The notes under the pieces were generated by a model. That model searched no databases. It saw nothing but the letters and a program-made list of their open reading frames with translations, and was not told where the DNA came from. The translations under genes and the position numbers were made by a program. Positions 19,291 to 26,765 of a stretch of DNA of 48,730 bases are shown piece after piece. The DNA comes from Candidatus Eiseniibacteriota bacterium (GTDB lineage Bacteria; Joyebacterota; Joyebacteria; Joyebacterales; Joyebacteraceae). Within the stretch, counting starts at the first letter, position 1, and the number at the start of each line of letters is the position of its first letter. The DNA lies in assembly GCA_043819135.1 (NCBI GenBank), contig JBDRFG010000011.1, positions 1 to 48,730 of the forward strand. Reading direction: 5' to 3'.

Positions 19291-20837
19291 TTCACCCTCA
19301 CTCTGAGAAGGAGGCTGAAACTCGGATGGTTCACTCCGTCCGACCCCGCGAGGGCGCCTTCGGGGCTGACCCGTATGTGCGTGACCGTGCCGTCGCACCC
19401 GTCGCCGTCCGGTGTCGGGGCGTAGACATACGAGATGCCGTCGTCGTCGGAGAACGCGACGTCGTCCGTGGTGCTCGCAAGTGAAACGAACTCGTAGTCG
19501 AGCCCGCTGGCCGTGGCGCCGTCCTGGAAGAGGACCGGGCCGGATCCGGGACCGTCGATGTCGCTGACAAGCAGGGCCGTGCCGACCGGTATCGGATCCG
19601 TTGTCAGGACGGACCCGCTGTCGGTGGAGCCCGTCCCGACGTTCGCGGCGGTGATCGTGTAGAGGACCGTCGCACCTGGTATCGACTTCGGGTTGACAAG
19701 CCCGTTGACCGGGTCGAACGAGGTTGTCGCCGACTTGACCACCGCTATGTCTGGTTCGCCGGTGCAGGTGATGGAGCCCGTGAGCGTGAAGTCGCCGAAC
19801 CCAGAGTATGCGTCGGCCACGAGGTAGTAGGTTCCCGTTGACGCCGCCGCGAACGTGAACGTCGAGCCGTCCGGGTAGTCGTCGTCGCCCGCGACGCAAC
19901 TCCCCGCCGGGTCGCCGCAGTCGGTGATGAGGTAGACGGAGTCGTCGAACCCGTCCGTGGTCATCGTCACTGTGAGCGCGTCACCGGCGGCGAGCATCGC
20001 GTAGTAGACGACGTCGCCTCCGGTGGCCGAGTAGCCGGTGCACCCACTCGAGCCCGGGTTGTAGTCGTTGGCCGCGAATTCCAGATTGCCGGTGACCGTG
20101 AACGGCCCGCAGGGGATGCAGACGGCGCCCACGCACGTGTCGTTGGCCGGGGGTGATGGGGGCGAGCCGATGCAGACGGCGTCGAGGTAGTGGTCGGCTC
20201 CGTCGATCCCAGCGTATCGGAAGGCGATCTCGACGGAACTGCCCGCATAGGGGGAGAGGTCGACGTCTATTGTCCCGTATTCGTACGAAGCCCCGGGGAA
20301 GTCGTTGTAGAAGTCGAACACGACCGCACCGTCTATCTCGGCGGTGAAGTTGGCGTTCATCGTCCAGTACGTGCTTCCCATCGTGGCGAACAGGAGATGG
20401 TCACCGGACCCGACGGCGTAAGTGAAGCTGAGCACCTCGTTCTGCTGCCTGTTGTCCTGCCACGGGACGCGGGCGGCATAGGTGCCCGCGTAGGGCGCGC
20501 CCGAACTCTGCCTCCACCGGTACTGGAAGTAGGCGGTCTCCTGCGTCCAGCCGCCGGGCGGGAAGGCGCCCTCGAAGCCTTCGTAGTATGTGCAGCTCCT
20601 CTCTGCCGGGGGGGCCGGAGTGATGTCGCCGGTGCACTCCCTCGGAGGAAGCGAGGGCGACGCCGTGCGCATCCTCGCTACGGAACTCGGTGCCGGCGCC
20701 AGACAGGCCACGAGGGCGACGGTGCAGATGAGCGCGAGCGGAGCCCGCCGCTCGGGCGCCTCCGCCCCCGCCGCCGCGAGACGCCTCGCGTCTCCGCGCC
20801 GGTACGCCAGATGTCCCTCTCCAGGAGGTCCCATCAT
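19287..20837 (-). CDS. Secreted multidomain protein with C-terminal DUF11 (putative tip adhesin)
   Basis: Hydrophobic signal segment LALICTVALVACLA, a jelly-roll-like domain (YEGFEGAFPPGGW...), a Cys-rich PPC-like domain (PANDTC...GTYYLVAD), and DUF11 (VVKS...TTDPIP) ending LLLRVRVK. The start position is uncertain. Confidence 0.72.
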   Translation of the reverse strand: MMGPPGEGHLAYRRGDARRLAAAGAEAPERRAPLALICTVALVACLAPAPSSVARMRTASPSLPPRECTGDITPAPPAERSCTYYEGFEGAFPPGGWTQETAYFQYRWRQSSGAPYAGTYAARVPWQDNRQQNEVLSFTYAVGSGDHLLFATMGSTYWTMNANFTAEIDGAVVFDFYNDFPGASYEYGTIDVDLSPYAGSSVEIAFRYAGIDGADHYLDAVCIGSPPSPPANDTCVGAVCIPCGPFTVTGNLEFAANDYNPGSSGCTGYSATGGDVVYYAMLAAGDALTVTMTTDGFDDSVYLITDCGDPAGSCVAGDDDYPDGSTFTFAAASTGTYYLVADAYSGFGDFTLTGSITCTGEPDIAVVKSATTSFDPVNGLVNPKSIPGATVLYTITAANVGTGSTDSGSVLTTDPIPVGTALLVSDIDGPGSGPVLFQDGATASGLDYEFVSLASTTDDVAFSDDDGISYVYAPTPDGDGCDGTVTHIRVSPEGALAGSDGVNHPSFSLLLRVRVK

Positions 20838-20975
20838 CGTTCCCCGATCGGTGACCTTCGCGTGCCGGCCGCACCGCGCTGCTTCCATCGACGCAGGCGG
20901 CCAGTACGCCCTGGGGGCGGAAGTCCCCGTACACAAACATTCCTTGCGACGAATCAATTAATCGAGTGGCGCTCA

Positions 20976-20991
20976 TGCAAGTGACATGCCA
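20976..20991 (-). promoter_or_regulatory. Sigma-54 (-24/-12) promoter of the DUF11 operon
   Basis: Minus strand TGGCATG-TCAC-TTGCA matches TGGCAYR-N4-TTGCW with correct spacing, in an AT-richer intergenic patch. Confidence 0.75.
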
Positions 20992-21180
20992 AATGCAGTC
21001 GTGTCCGCTATGGTCCTTCTCAAATGAATAATCTCTCAGATATGATAGTGAACCGTCCTTCAGGACCTCGTCGGACCGGAGGGGTCGTGGCGGGTGGGCT
21101 GGAACTCGCCGGCAGCCTCCAGAGGCGGCCGGCCGCCGTTCTCCCGCCACGGGGGCCGGTTCTGCGGAGGCAATCTTGCT

Positions 21181-21209
21181 TTGCACGGCCCATGAGCCGG
21201 TGCTATCCT
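21181..21209 (+). promoter_or_regulatory. Putative sigma-70 promoter for transketolase
   Basis: TTGCAC-17 nt-TATCCT with extended -10 TG. Confidence 0.55.
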
Positions 21210-21283
21210 TGCTTGCTTATCTGGCCCGGCTGTCGGGCCGTTTCTGACTGTCTGAATGCCCTCGGGGCGCCAAGGAGACCGGG

Positions 21284-23380
21284 ATGCCGATTCTCAACTC
21301 GAAGACGGGCAAGATTCGCAGGAAGTACTCGACCGACGACCTCAAGACCGCCGCGAACCTGATGCGGGGCTACGACCTGGTATCGCTGTGCGCGGCGGGC
21401 TCCGGTCACTCGGGCGGGACGCTGTCCATCATGGACCTTACGGCGGCGCTCTATCTGCATGTCGCCAACCACGACCCCAAGGATCCCGACTGGAAAGACC
21501 GCGACAGGATCATCTGGTCGGCCGGTCACAAGGCGCCGTCGCTCTATCTCGGGCTTGGGGCATCCGGCTACTACGATATCGAAGAGGTTGTGACGCTACG
21601 CAAGCTCTACTCTCCCTTCCAGGGACATCCGCACTGGGTCAAGCTGCCCGGAGTCGAGGCTTCGACGGGATCTCTCGGACAAGGGTTGTCCATCAGCGTC
21701 GGCATCGCGCTGGCCGCCAGGCTGAACAAGAAGGACTACCGCGTCTACTGCCTGATGGGGGACGGGGAGCAGCAGGAGGGGCAGGTCTGGGAAGCCGTCA
21801 TGGAGGCCGGCCACTTCAAGATGGACAACGTCTGCGCGATCATCGACAGAAATCGTCTGCAGATCGACGGCTGGGTGAAGGACGTCATGAACGTCGAGCC
21901 CCTGGCGGACAAGTACCGCTCATTCGATTGGCACGTCATCCACATCGACGGGCACGACATGGAGCAGATACTCGCCGCGTTCGAAGAGGCCAAGCACGTC
22001 AAGAACAAGCCGACACTTATACTCGCGGACACCGTGAAGGGCAAGGGCGTCGATTTCATGGAGAACGTGGCTGGCTGGCACGGAAAATCGCCGAACGAGG
22101 AGGAGTTGTGGGACAGCCTCAGGCAGCTTGGGCTGGACAACATCCTCCCGGTCAAGAGGATGTTCAAGGCCGCCGAATCGCACCAGAAGAAGGCGATGAA
22201 GACGCTCGAAGCCAAGCAGCCCCGATTCTCGAAGGACTACTTCTGGAATCACACGAACGACATGAAGACAGAGATGGACCCGACGAGAAAGGGGTTCGGT
22301 CGCGCCCTGGCCGAACACGGTGACGACAAGCGACTCGTCTGTCTCGGAGCGGACATTTCGGGGTCCATCACTATCAGCCAGTTCTACGAGGGCTTCCCGG
22401 AGCGTAACGACCGCTGGTTCTCGATCGGCATCGCCGAGCAGTCCGGCACGGGCGTGGCCGCCGGTCTCGCAAAGGAAGGGAAGCTACCCGTCTTCGGAAC
22501 GTACGGTGTCTTCGCCTCAGGCAGGAACCTCGACCAGCTGAGGACGACAGTCTGCTACGGCGAGTTCAACGTGATGATCGCCGGGGCGCACGGCGGCGTC
22601 TCGGTCGGACCGGACGGAGCGACTCACCAGGCGCTCGAAGAGCTGTTCCAGATGTGCGGCATTCCGAACATGAACGTCGAGGTGCCGTGCGACTCGGTCG
22701 AGACGAAGCGCGCCACCGAGCACCTGCTCTTCAAGGTCAAGGGCCCGAAGTACGTGCGGTTCGCGCGCGAGGCGACACCGGTCGTGACCGACAAGAAGAC
22801 GCCGTACAAGTGGGGCAAGGCGAACGTCATCCGGTTCCGGGGCGCCAGGCCCGAGTTCAAGAAGGCGTTTCAGCACTCGCTGGCCTCGAAATATACGAAC
22901 GAGAACGAGGACATCTCGATCATCGCGTGCGGTCCTTCCGTTCCCGAGGCCATGCGGGCGGCGTGGATACTCAAGAACGAGTTCGACATCGAGACCAGGG
23001 TCGTGAACGTTCACACGGTCAAGCCGCTCGACCACACGGCCATCGTCAAGGCCGCGGCTGACACCGGTGTCGTGATAACGGCTGAGGAGCACCAGATAGG
23101 TGGCTTCGGCAACCTGGTGGCCGCGGTGATCGGGCGCTCCGAGAAGCTCTACGGCAAGCCGATCGTCATGGGTATGATCGGAGTCAAAGACCGTTTCGGC
23201 GAGTCGGGAGCCCCCTGGGAGTTGGTCAAGGAGTTCGAGGTCTCAGCGGAGCACATCGCGGCGGAGGCCAAGAGGCTGTACGACCTGAAGGTCGCCAGGA
23301 CCATCGGAGCATCCAGGCGGAAGGTCTCCGCCAAGGCCGCGACGAAGACGAAGAAGGTTACCAGTAAGGCGAAGAAGTAG
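21284..23380 (+). CDS. tkt: Transketolase (fused N- and C-terminal subunit type)
   Basis: GSGHSGG, STGSLGQG, the GDGEQQEG...N TPP motif, GIAEQ, GPDGATHQ and TAEEHQ. Confidence 0.93.
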   Translation: MPILNSKTGKIRRKYSTDDLKTAANLMRGYDLVSLCAAGSGHSGGTLSIMDLTAALYLHVANHDPKDPDWKDRDRIIWSAGHKAPSLYLGLGASGYYDIEEVVTLRKLYSPFQGHPHWVKLPGVEASTGSLGQGLSISVGIALAARLNKKDYRVYCLMGDGEQQEGQVWEAVMEAGHFKMDNVCAIIDRNRLQIDGWVKDVMNVEPLADKYRSFDWHVIHIDGHDMEQILAAFEEAKHVKNKPTLILADTVKGKGVDFMENVAGWHGKSPNEEELWDSLRQLGLDNILPVKRMFKAAESHQKKAMKTLEAKQPRFSKDYFWNHTNDMKTEMDPTRKGFGRALAEHGDDKRLVCLGADISGSITISQFYEGFPERNDRWFSIGIAEQSGTGVAAGLAKEGKLPVFGTYGVFASGRNLDQLRTTVCYGEFNVMIAGAHGGVSVGPDGATHQALEELFQMCGIPNMNVEVPCDSVETKRATEHLLFKVKGPKYVRFAREATPVVTDKKTPYKWGKANVIRFRGARPEFKKAFQHSLASKYTNENEDISIIACGPSVPEAMRAAWILKNEFDIETRVVNVHTVKPLDHTAIVKAAADTGVVITAEEHQIGGFGNLVAAVIGRSEKLYGKPIVMGMIGVKDRFGESGAPWELVKEFEVSAEHIAAEAKRLYDLKVARTIGASRRKVSAKAATKTKKVTSKAKK

Positions 23381-23398
23381 ACTCCTGTTGCGCGATAC

Positions 23399-23436
23399 AA
23401 CGAACGGGCCGCCCATGTGGGCGGTCCGTTCGTTTT
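23399..23436 (+). terminator. Intrinsic terminator between the convergent tkt and GNAT genes
   Basis: Hairpin aacgaacgggccgccca-tg-tgggcggtccgttcgtt followed by further T residues. Confidence 0.75.
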
Positions 23437-23490
23437 GCGGTGGGACCGTCGGGTCGGGGAATCACTTCAGCCGGCGGCATTCGCTCAGCG

Positions 23491-24963
23491 TCACTTTCCC
23501 GCGCTCTTCATGATGATGTCGATGGCCTTCTTCGCGCCTCCGATGTGTGACTTCGCGCCGAGGACCAGCGTGACGGACTCGAAAAACCCGCTCACACTGT
23601 CGCGGACTCTGGGGTCGTATCGGATCGCATCCGCTCGAACGCTGAGGTCGTCCGGAAAACACGCCCCGAAGCCCGGGCCGAGGGTCAGGTGGAGAGACGT
23701 CTTCCTTGCGCTGATCAGAGCCAGCCGCCTTCCCCGGTGCCTCACGGTAACGGTGCGGCCGGTTGCTGTCAGCGCGTCGCCCGCGAGCCCGTGCTGCAGG
23801 TAGAGATGTTCGAGCACTCCGCGCAGGATCGTCCGAAGCAGGTCGCTGTTCAGCGCTTCAAAAAACCCCTGGGTGCACCCGACGAGGTGTCTGTCCGTGT
23901 CTGGGATGAGGTTTCTTGTGACGAAGTCCCGCACGTTCTCCTTTGCAAGCCGGACCGGCGCGCGCTCCACCAGAAAGCCCGCGACCACGTCGAGCAGCTC
24001 AGATTCGTTCGCCCGCAGAGCGCGGTGCAGCACCTCCTCGAACGACTCGCCGCCGTCGCCCGTCCCCCTGGCACCAAGCTCATAGACGACGGCCCTGACG
24101 GGTTGCCACTCATCGAAGCCCGCCGCCTGCGCCAGGTCGACAAGTCTGCCCATCGGCAGCATTGCGCTGGCCTCCTTGCGTCCGGTGTCCGCGGCGATGC
24201 GCAGGACGTCCTTAGCGAGTGCAAGGACGTCCTCGTCCGGCCCATCAACGAACCCGAGGCAGACGTCGTCGTCGACCTTCCCGATGTCGAAGATGCCCAC
24301 GGCTCGGAGCGCGCCCCTGCGCGGAGAGACCAGCACGCGACCGTTCGAGATGAGGTGTCGGATGCGACGCCTCGTCAGTTCGGGAAACGTCCACCCCACT
24401 CCAGCAACGCCGCCGGTGGCCTCGTAACAGCTCGAGCCATGGACGAACCGGACCACGGCATCAATGTTGTCGAGCGTGGCGACTCGGGAGCCCACGGACC
24501 ACCGCTTCCCGGCCTTTCCCCACATCCAGCCCGTTCTGGCGATCTGCCAGAAGCCGTTCTTTTCCGCTATCCGTCTCGAAGCCTCGTTGCCTATCCACGT
24601 CGAGTAGCGGACCGTCTTCGGCTCGAGCGCCTTTGCCTCGCGGAACGTCGCGCGGTGGATCTTCTTCGACAGGCCGAGTCCGTGGTACTCCGGGTGGAGC
24701 CGGAGCCCCTCGAGCCACACCTCGCCGGGGGAGAGAAGTGATACCTTGGAGGTTCCGACCGGTCTCCCGCCGACGGTCGCGGTCAACAGGGCGCCCCTCT
24801 TCTCGGCAAGCCACTTGTCCCAGACCAGGGGCATGTAGTCGTGTCCGCCCCAGATGTGTCGGGACATCTCAAGTATGGATTCCCGATCCCCGGGGCGGGC
24901 CTTGCGGACCCGGAGATCTCCGATTCGTGGCGTGGTTCTGCGTGATGTCTTCTTCGCTGCCAT
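23491..24963 (-). CDS. GNAT N-acetyltransferase with long uncharacterised C-terminal region
   Basis: IWGGHDYMP, WLEGLRLHPEYHGLGL and NEASRRIAEKNGF motifs in the N-terminal third. Confidence 0.75.
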   Translation of the reverse strand: MAAKKTSRRTTPRIGDLRVRKARPGDRESILEMSRHIWGGHDYMPLVWDKWLAEKRGALLTATVGGRPVGTSKVSLLSPGEVWLEGLRLHPEYHGLGLSKKIHRATFREAKALEPKTVRYSTWIGNEASRRIAEKNGFWQIARTGWMWGKAGKRWSVGSRVATLDNIDAVVRFVHGSSCYEATGGVAGVGWTFPELTRRRIRHLISNGRVLVSPRRGALRAVGIFDIGKVDDDVCLGFVDGPDEDVLALAKDVLRIAADTGRKEASAMLPMGRLVDLAQAAGFDEWQPVRAVVYELGARGTGDGGESFEEVLHRALRANESELLDVVAGFLVERAPVRLAKENVRDFVTRNLIPDTDRHLVGCTQGFFEALNSDLLRTILRGVLEHLYLQHGLAGDALTATGRTVTVRHRGRRLALISARKTSLHLTLGPGFGACFPDDLSVRADAIRYDPRVRDSVSGFFESVTLVLGAKSHIGGAKKAIDIIMKSAGK

Positions 24964-24984
24964 TCTCTGGAGGTCCCTCCGCGA

Positions 24985-25446
24985 TCACCCTTTGGTGAGC
25001 TCATCCAGCTTCCCGATGATATCGTCGGCGTGGCCCGTTATGCTGACCTTGGGCCATGTGTGCAGCACCCTACCGTCCTTGCCGATGAGGAACGTCGCGC
25101 GCGAGGCCTTTCCAGTCTCCCGGAGGACGCCGTACGCACGGGCGACCGTCCCATCGGGGTCGGCCAGCAAGGGGAAAGGCAGTTCGTTGTTCGCGGCGAA
25201 CCGCCCGTGTGACTCGACGTCGTCGGTGCTGACGCCGATGACGACTGCGGAGCGCCTCTCGAATTCGGCCGCGGCGTCCCGGAGGGCCCTCGTCTCGCGG
25301 GTACACCCGCTGGTGTTGTCGCGAACATAGAAGAAGAGCACCACGTTCTTTGCTCGCGAGAAGTCGGAGAGCTTCACGGTGGCGCCGTCCCAGGAAGTCG
25401 CGGAGAACGAAGGTGCCTTGTCGCCTGGCTTCAGATTTGTGGGCAT
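24985..25446 (-). CDS. bcp: Peroxiredoxin, BCP/PrxQ family
   Basis: GDKAPSF, FFYVRDNTSGCTRE (single Cys), FPLLADPD and RATFLIGKDG. Confidence 0.88.
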   Translation of the reverse strand: MPTNLKPGDKAPSFSATSWDGATVKLSDFSRAKNVVLFFYVRDNTSGCTRETRALRDAAAEFERRSAVVIGVSTDDVESHGRFAANNELPFPLLADPDGTVARAYGVLRETGKASRATFLIGKDGRVLHTWPKVSITGHADDIIGKLDELTKG

Positions 25447-25556
25447 TGTGCCTCCAGTCTGTATCTGGGTCTCCGGGCGTGGTCACTCCCGGATGACGAG
25501 CTCCGCGGCCGGTCGGGGCAGGCTGGCGGAGACGGTGGACCTTGTGGGATCGAGCG

Positions 25557-25585
25557 ATTGTATAAGAAGCGGGTGGACTCCGCAA
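25557..25585 (-). promoter_or_regulatory. Putative sigma-70 promoter for bcp
   Basis: Minus strand TTGCGG-17 nt-TACAAT. Confidence 0.5.
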
Positions 25586-25623
25586 GGAACGGCGGTGTGT
25601 CGTGCGCTGTGTCGGAATCGCCG

Positions 25624-26493
25624 TCAGATCGGAGGTTGATCCCGCGGGCCATTGAGTCCTCTGTCCAGCCTTCTCATTGATGCCAGTCGTTTTCTGTCGA
25701 ACTCCGGCGTTTCGCCGGGGATCTCGAGTATGAACGGCAGGTGGGAGAGAGCCCCGCAACCCACGATGGCGTGCAGGCCCTTCCGTCCCATGCTGCCCTC
25801 GGTCCATAGCGCGTGTCTGTCTCTGCGCGACCCCAGGTCCGCGGAGGAATCGTTGCCGTGGATGGCCCACACCCTGTCCATGCCCGGACCGGACTCGAGC
25901 GAGGCGACCAGTTCGTCCAACACCTGCCTCTCCGCGAGGTCGAATCCCAGGCCCCACAGATGGGCGGTGTCCAGGACGACGCCGACTCTGTCGCGCGGGA
26001 ACGGCTCGACGAGCCTCGCGAGTTCATCAACAGAGAGCCCTATCTCCGTGCCCTTCCCGGCACCGTTCTCGAGTGCGACCCTGGAGCCGGGTGGTGCTCG
26101 GTCCAGAACCCGCTCGAGCGTTCTCACGGCGCGTTTGATGCCCGCGTCCGGGCCTCTTCCCATGTGATTCCCGCAGTGCACGACGACGGGGCCGGCGCGC
26201 AGCTCACGCGCCCTGACCATCGCCGCGGCGAGGCTCCGAAGGGAGTTTTCCTTGAGCCTTCTGTCTGGCGTTGCGAGATTGATGAGGTAGGGGGTGTGCA
26301 GCACGACCGGGCCGATGCCGGCCCGGTCGATCTCCTCCATGAACTCGTCGCGTTCGCGGCGGTCGAGCGCGCCCGTGCTCCAGCTCATCGGATTGCCGGA
26401 GAACAGCTGAATGGTCTGGCAGCCGACATCGGCTGCGTATCTGGCTGTAGCCGGCAGGCTTGCCAGCTTGGGCACGTGAATCCCGAAGCGCAT
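25624..26493 (-). CDS. nfo: Endonuclease IV (AP endonuclease 2)
   Basis: HTPYLINLA, LENGAGKG, LDTAHLW, HGNDS...GSRRDRH metal ligands. AGGAGG precedes ATG 26493. Confidence 0.9.
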   Translation of the reverse strand: MRFGIHVPKLASLPATARYAADVGCQTIQLFSGNPMSWSTGALDRRERDEFMEEIDRAGIGPVVLHTPYLINLATPDRRLKENSLRSLAAAMVRARELRAGPVVVHCGNHMGRGPDAGIKRAVRTLERVLDRAPPGSRVALENGAGKGTEIGLSVDELARLVEPFPRDRVGVVLDTAHLWGLGFDLAERQVLDELVASLESGPGMDRVWAIHGNDSSADLGSRRDRHALWTEGSMGRKGLHAIVGCGALSHLPFILEIPGETPEFDRKRLASMRRLDRGLNGPRDQPPI

Positions 26494-26538
26494 ACTTCCC
26501 TCCTGAGGGGACATCATAACACATGAACGGCTTTTCAT

Positions 26539-26567
26539 TTGCTTGTGTGCTTGCTAAGTGGTATAAT
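26539..26567 (+). promoter_or_regulatory. Near-consensus sigma-70 promoter upstream of the C25 protease
   Basis: TTGCTT-17 nt-TATAAT with extended -10 TG. Confidence 0.7.
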
Positions 26568-26765
26568 CTATCGTAGGTTACGGTGGTTCGCGCATCCTCG
26601 CCTGATTGTGAAGGGGCGCGTGCCGGCATTCCGAGCGATATCGTCGTCGGCCCGCCCGGCGGCATCACCTGCTAACTGTGTCCGGAATGAACGGACGATA
26701 CTATGCCCGTCTGTGGTGGCTCCGTCATTGAGGCGGGGCCGCGCGGGCAGACAAGGGGAAGAGGC

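Noticed and set aside
19291..19899. Long N-terminal extension of the minor pilin ORF
   Set aside because: It overlaps the tip gene in another frame. The ATGA coupling at 19287-19290 and the signal peptide define the real start.
11450..20837. Calling the DUF11 operon a classical chaperone-usher, type IV, type V or curli system, or a mobile island
   Set aside because: There are no PapD/PapC motifs, prepilin cleavage sites, lipoboxes on the pilins or curlin repeats. There is no integrase, and no compositional shift is visible by eye.
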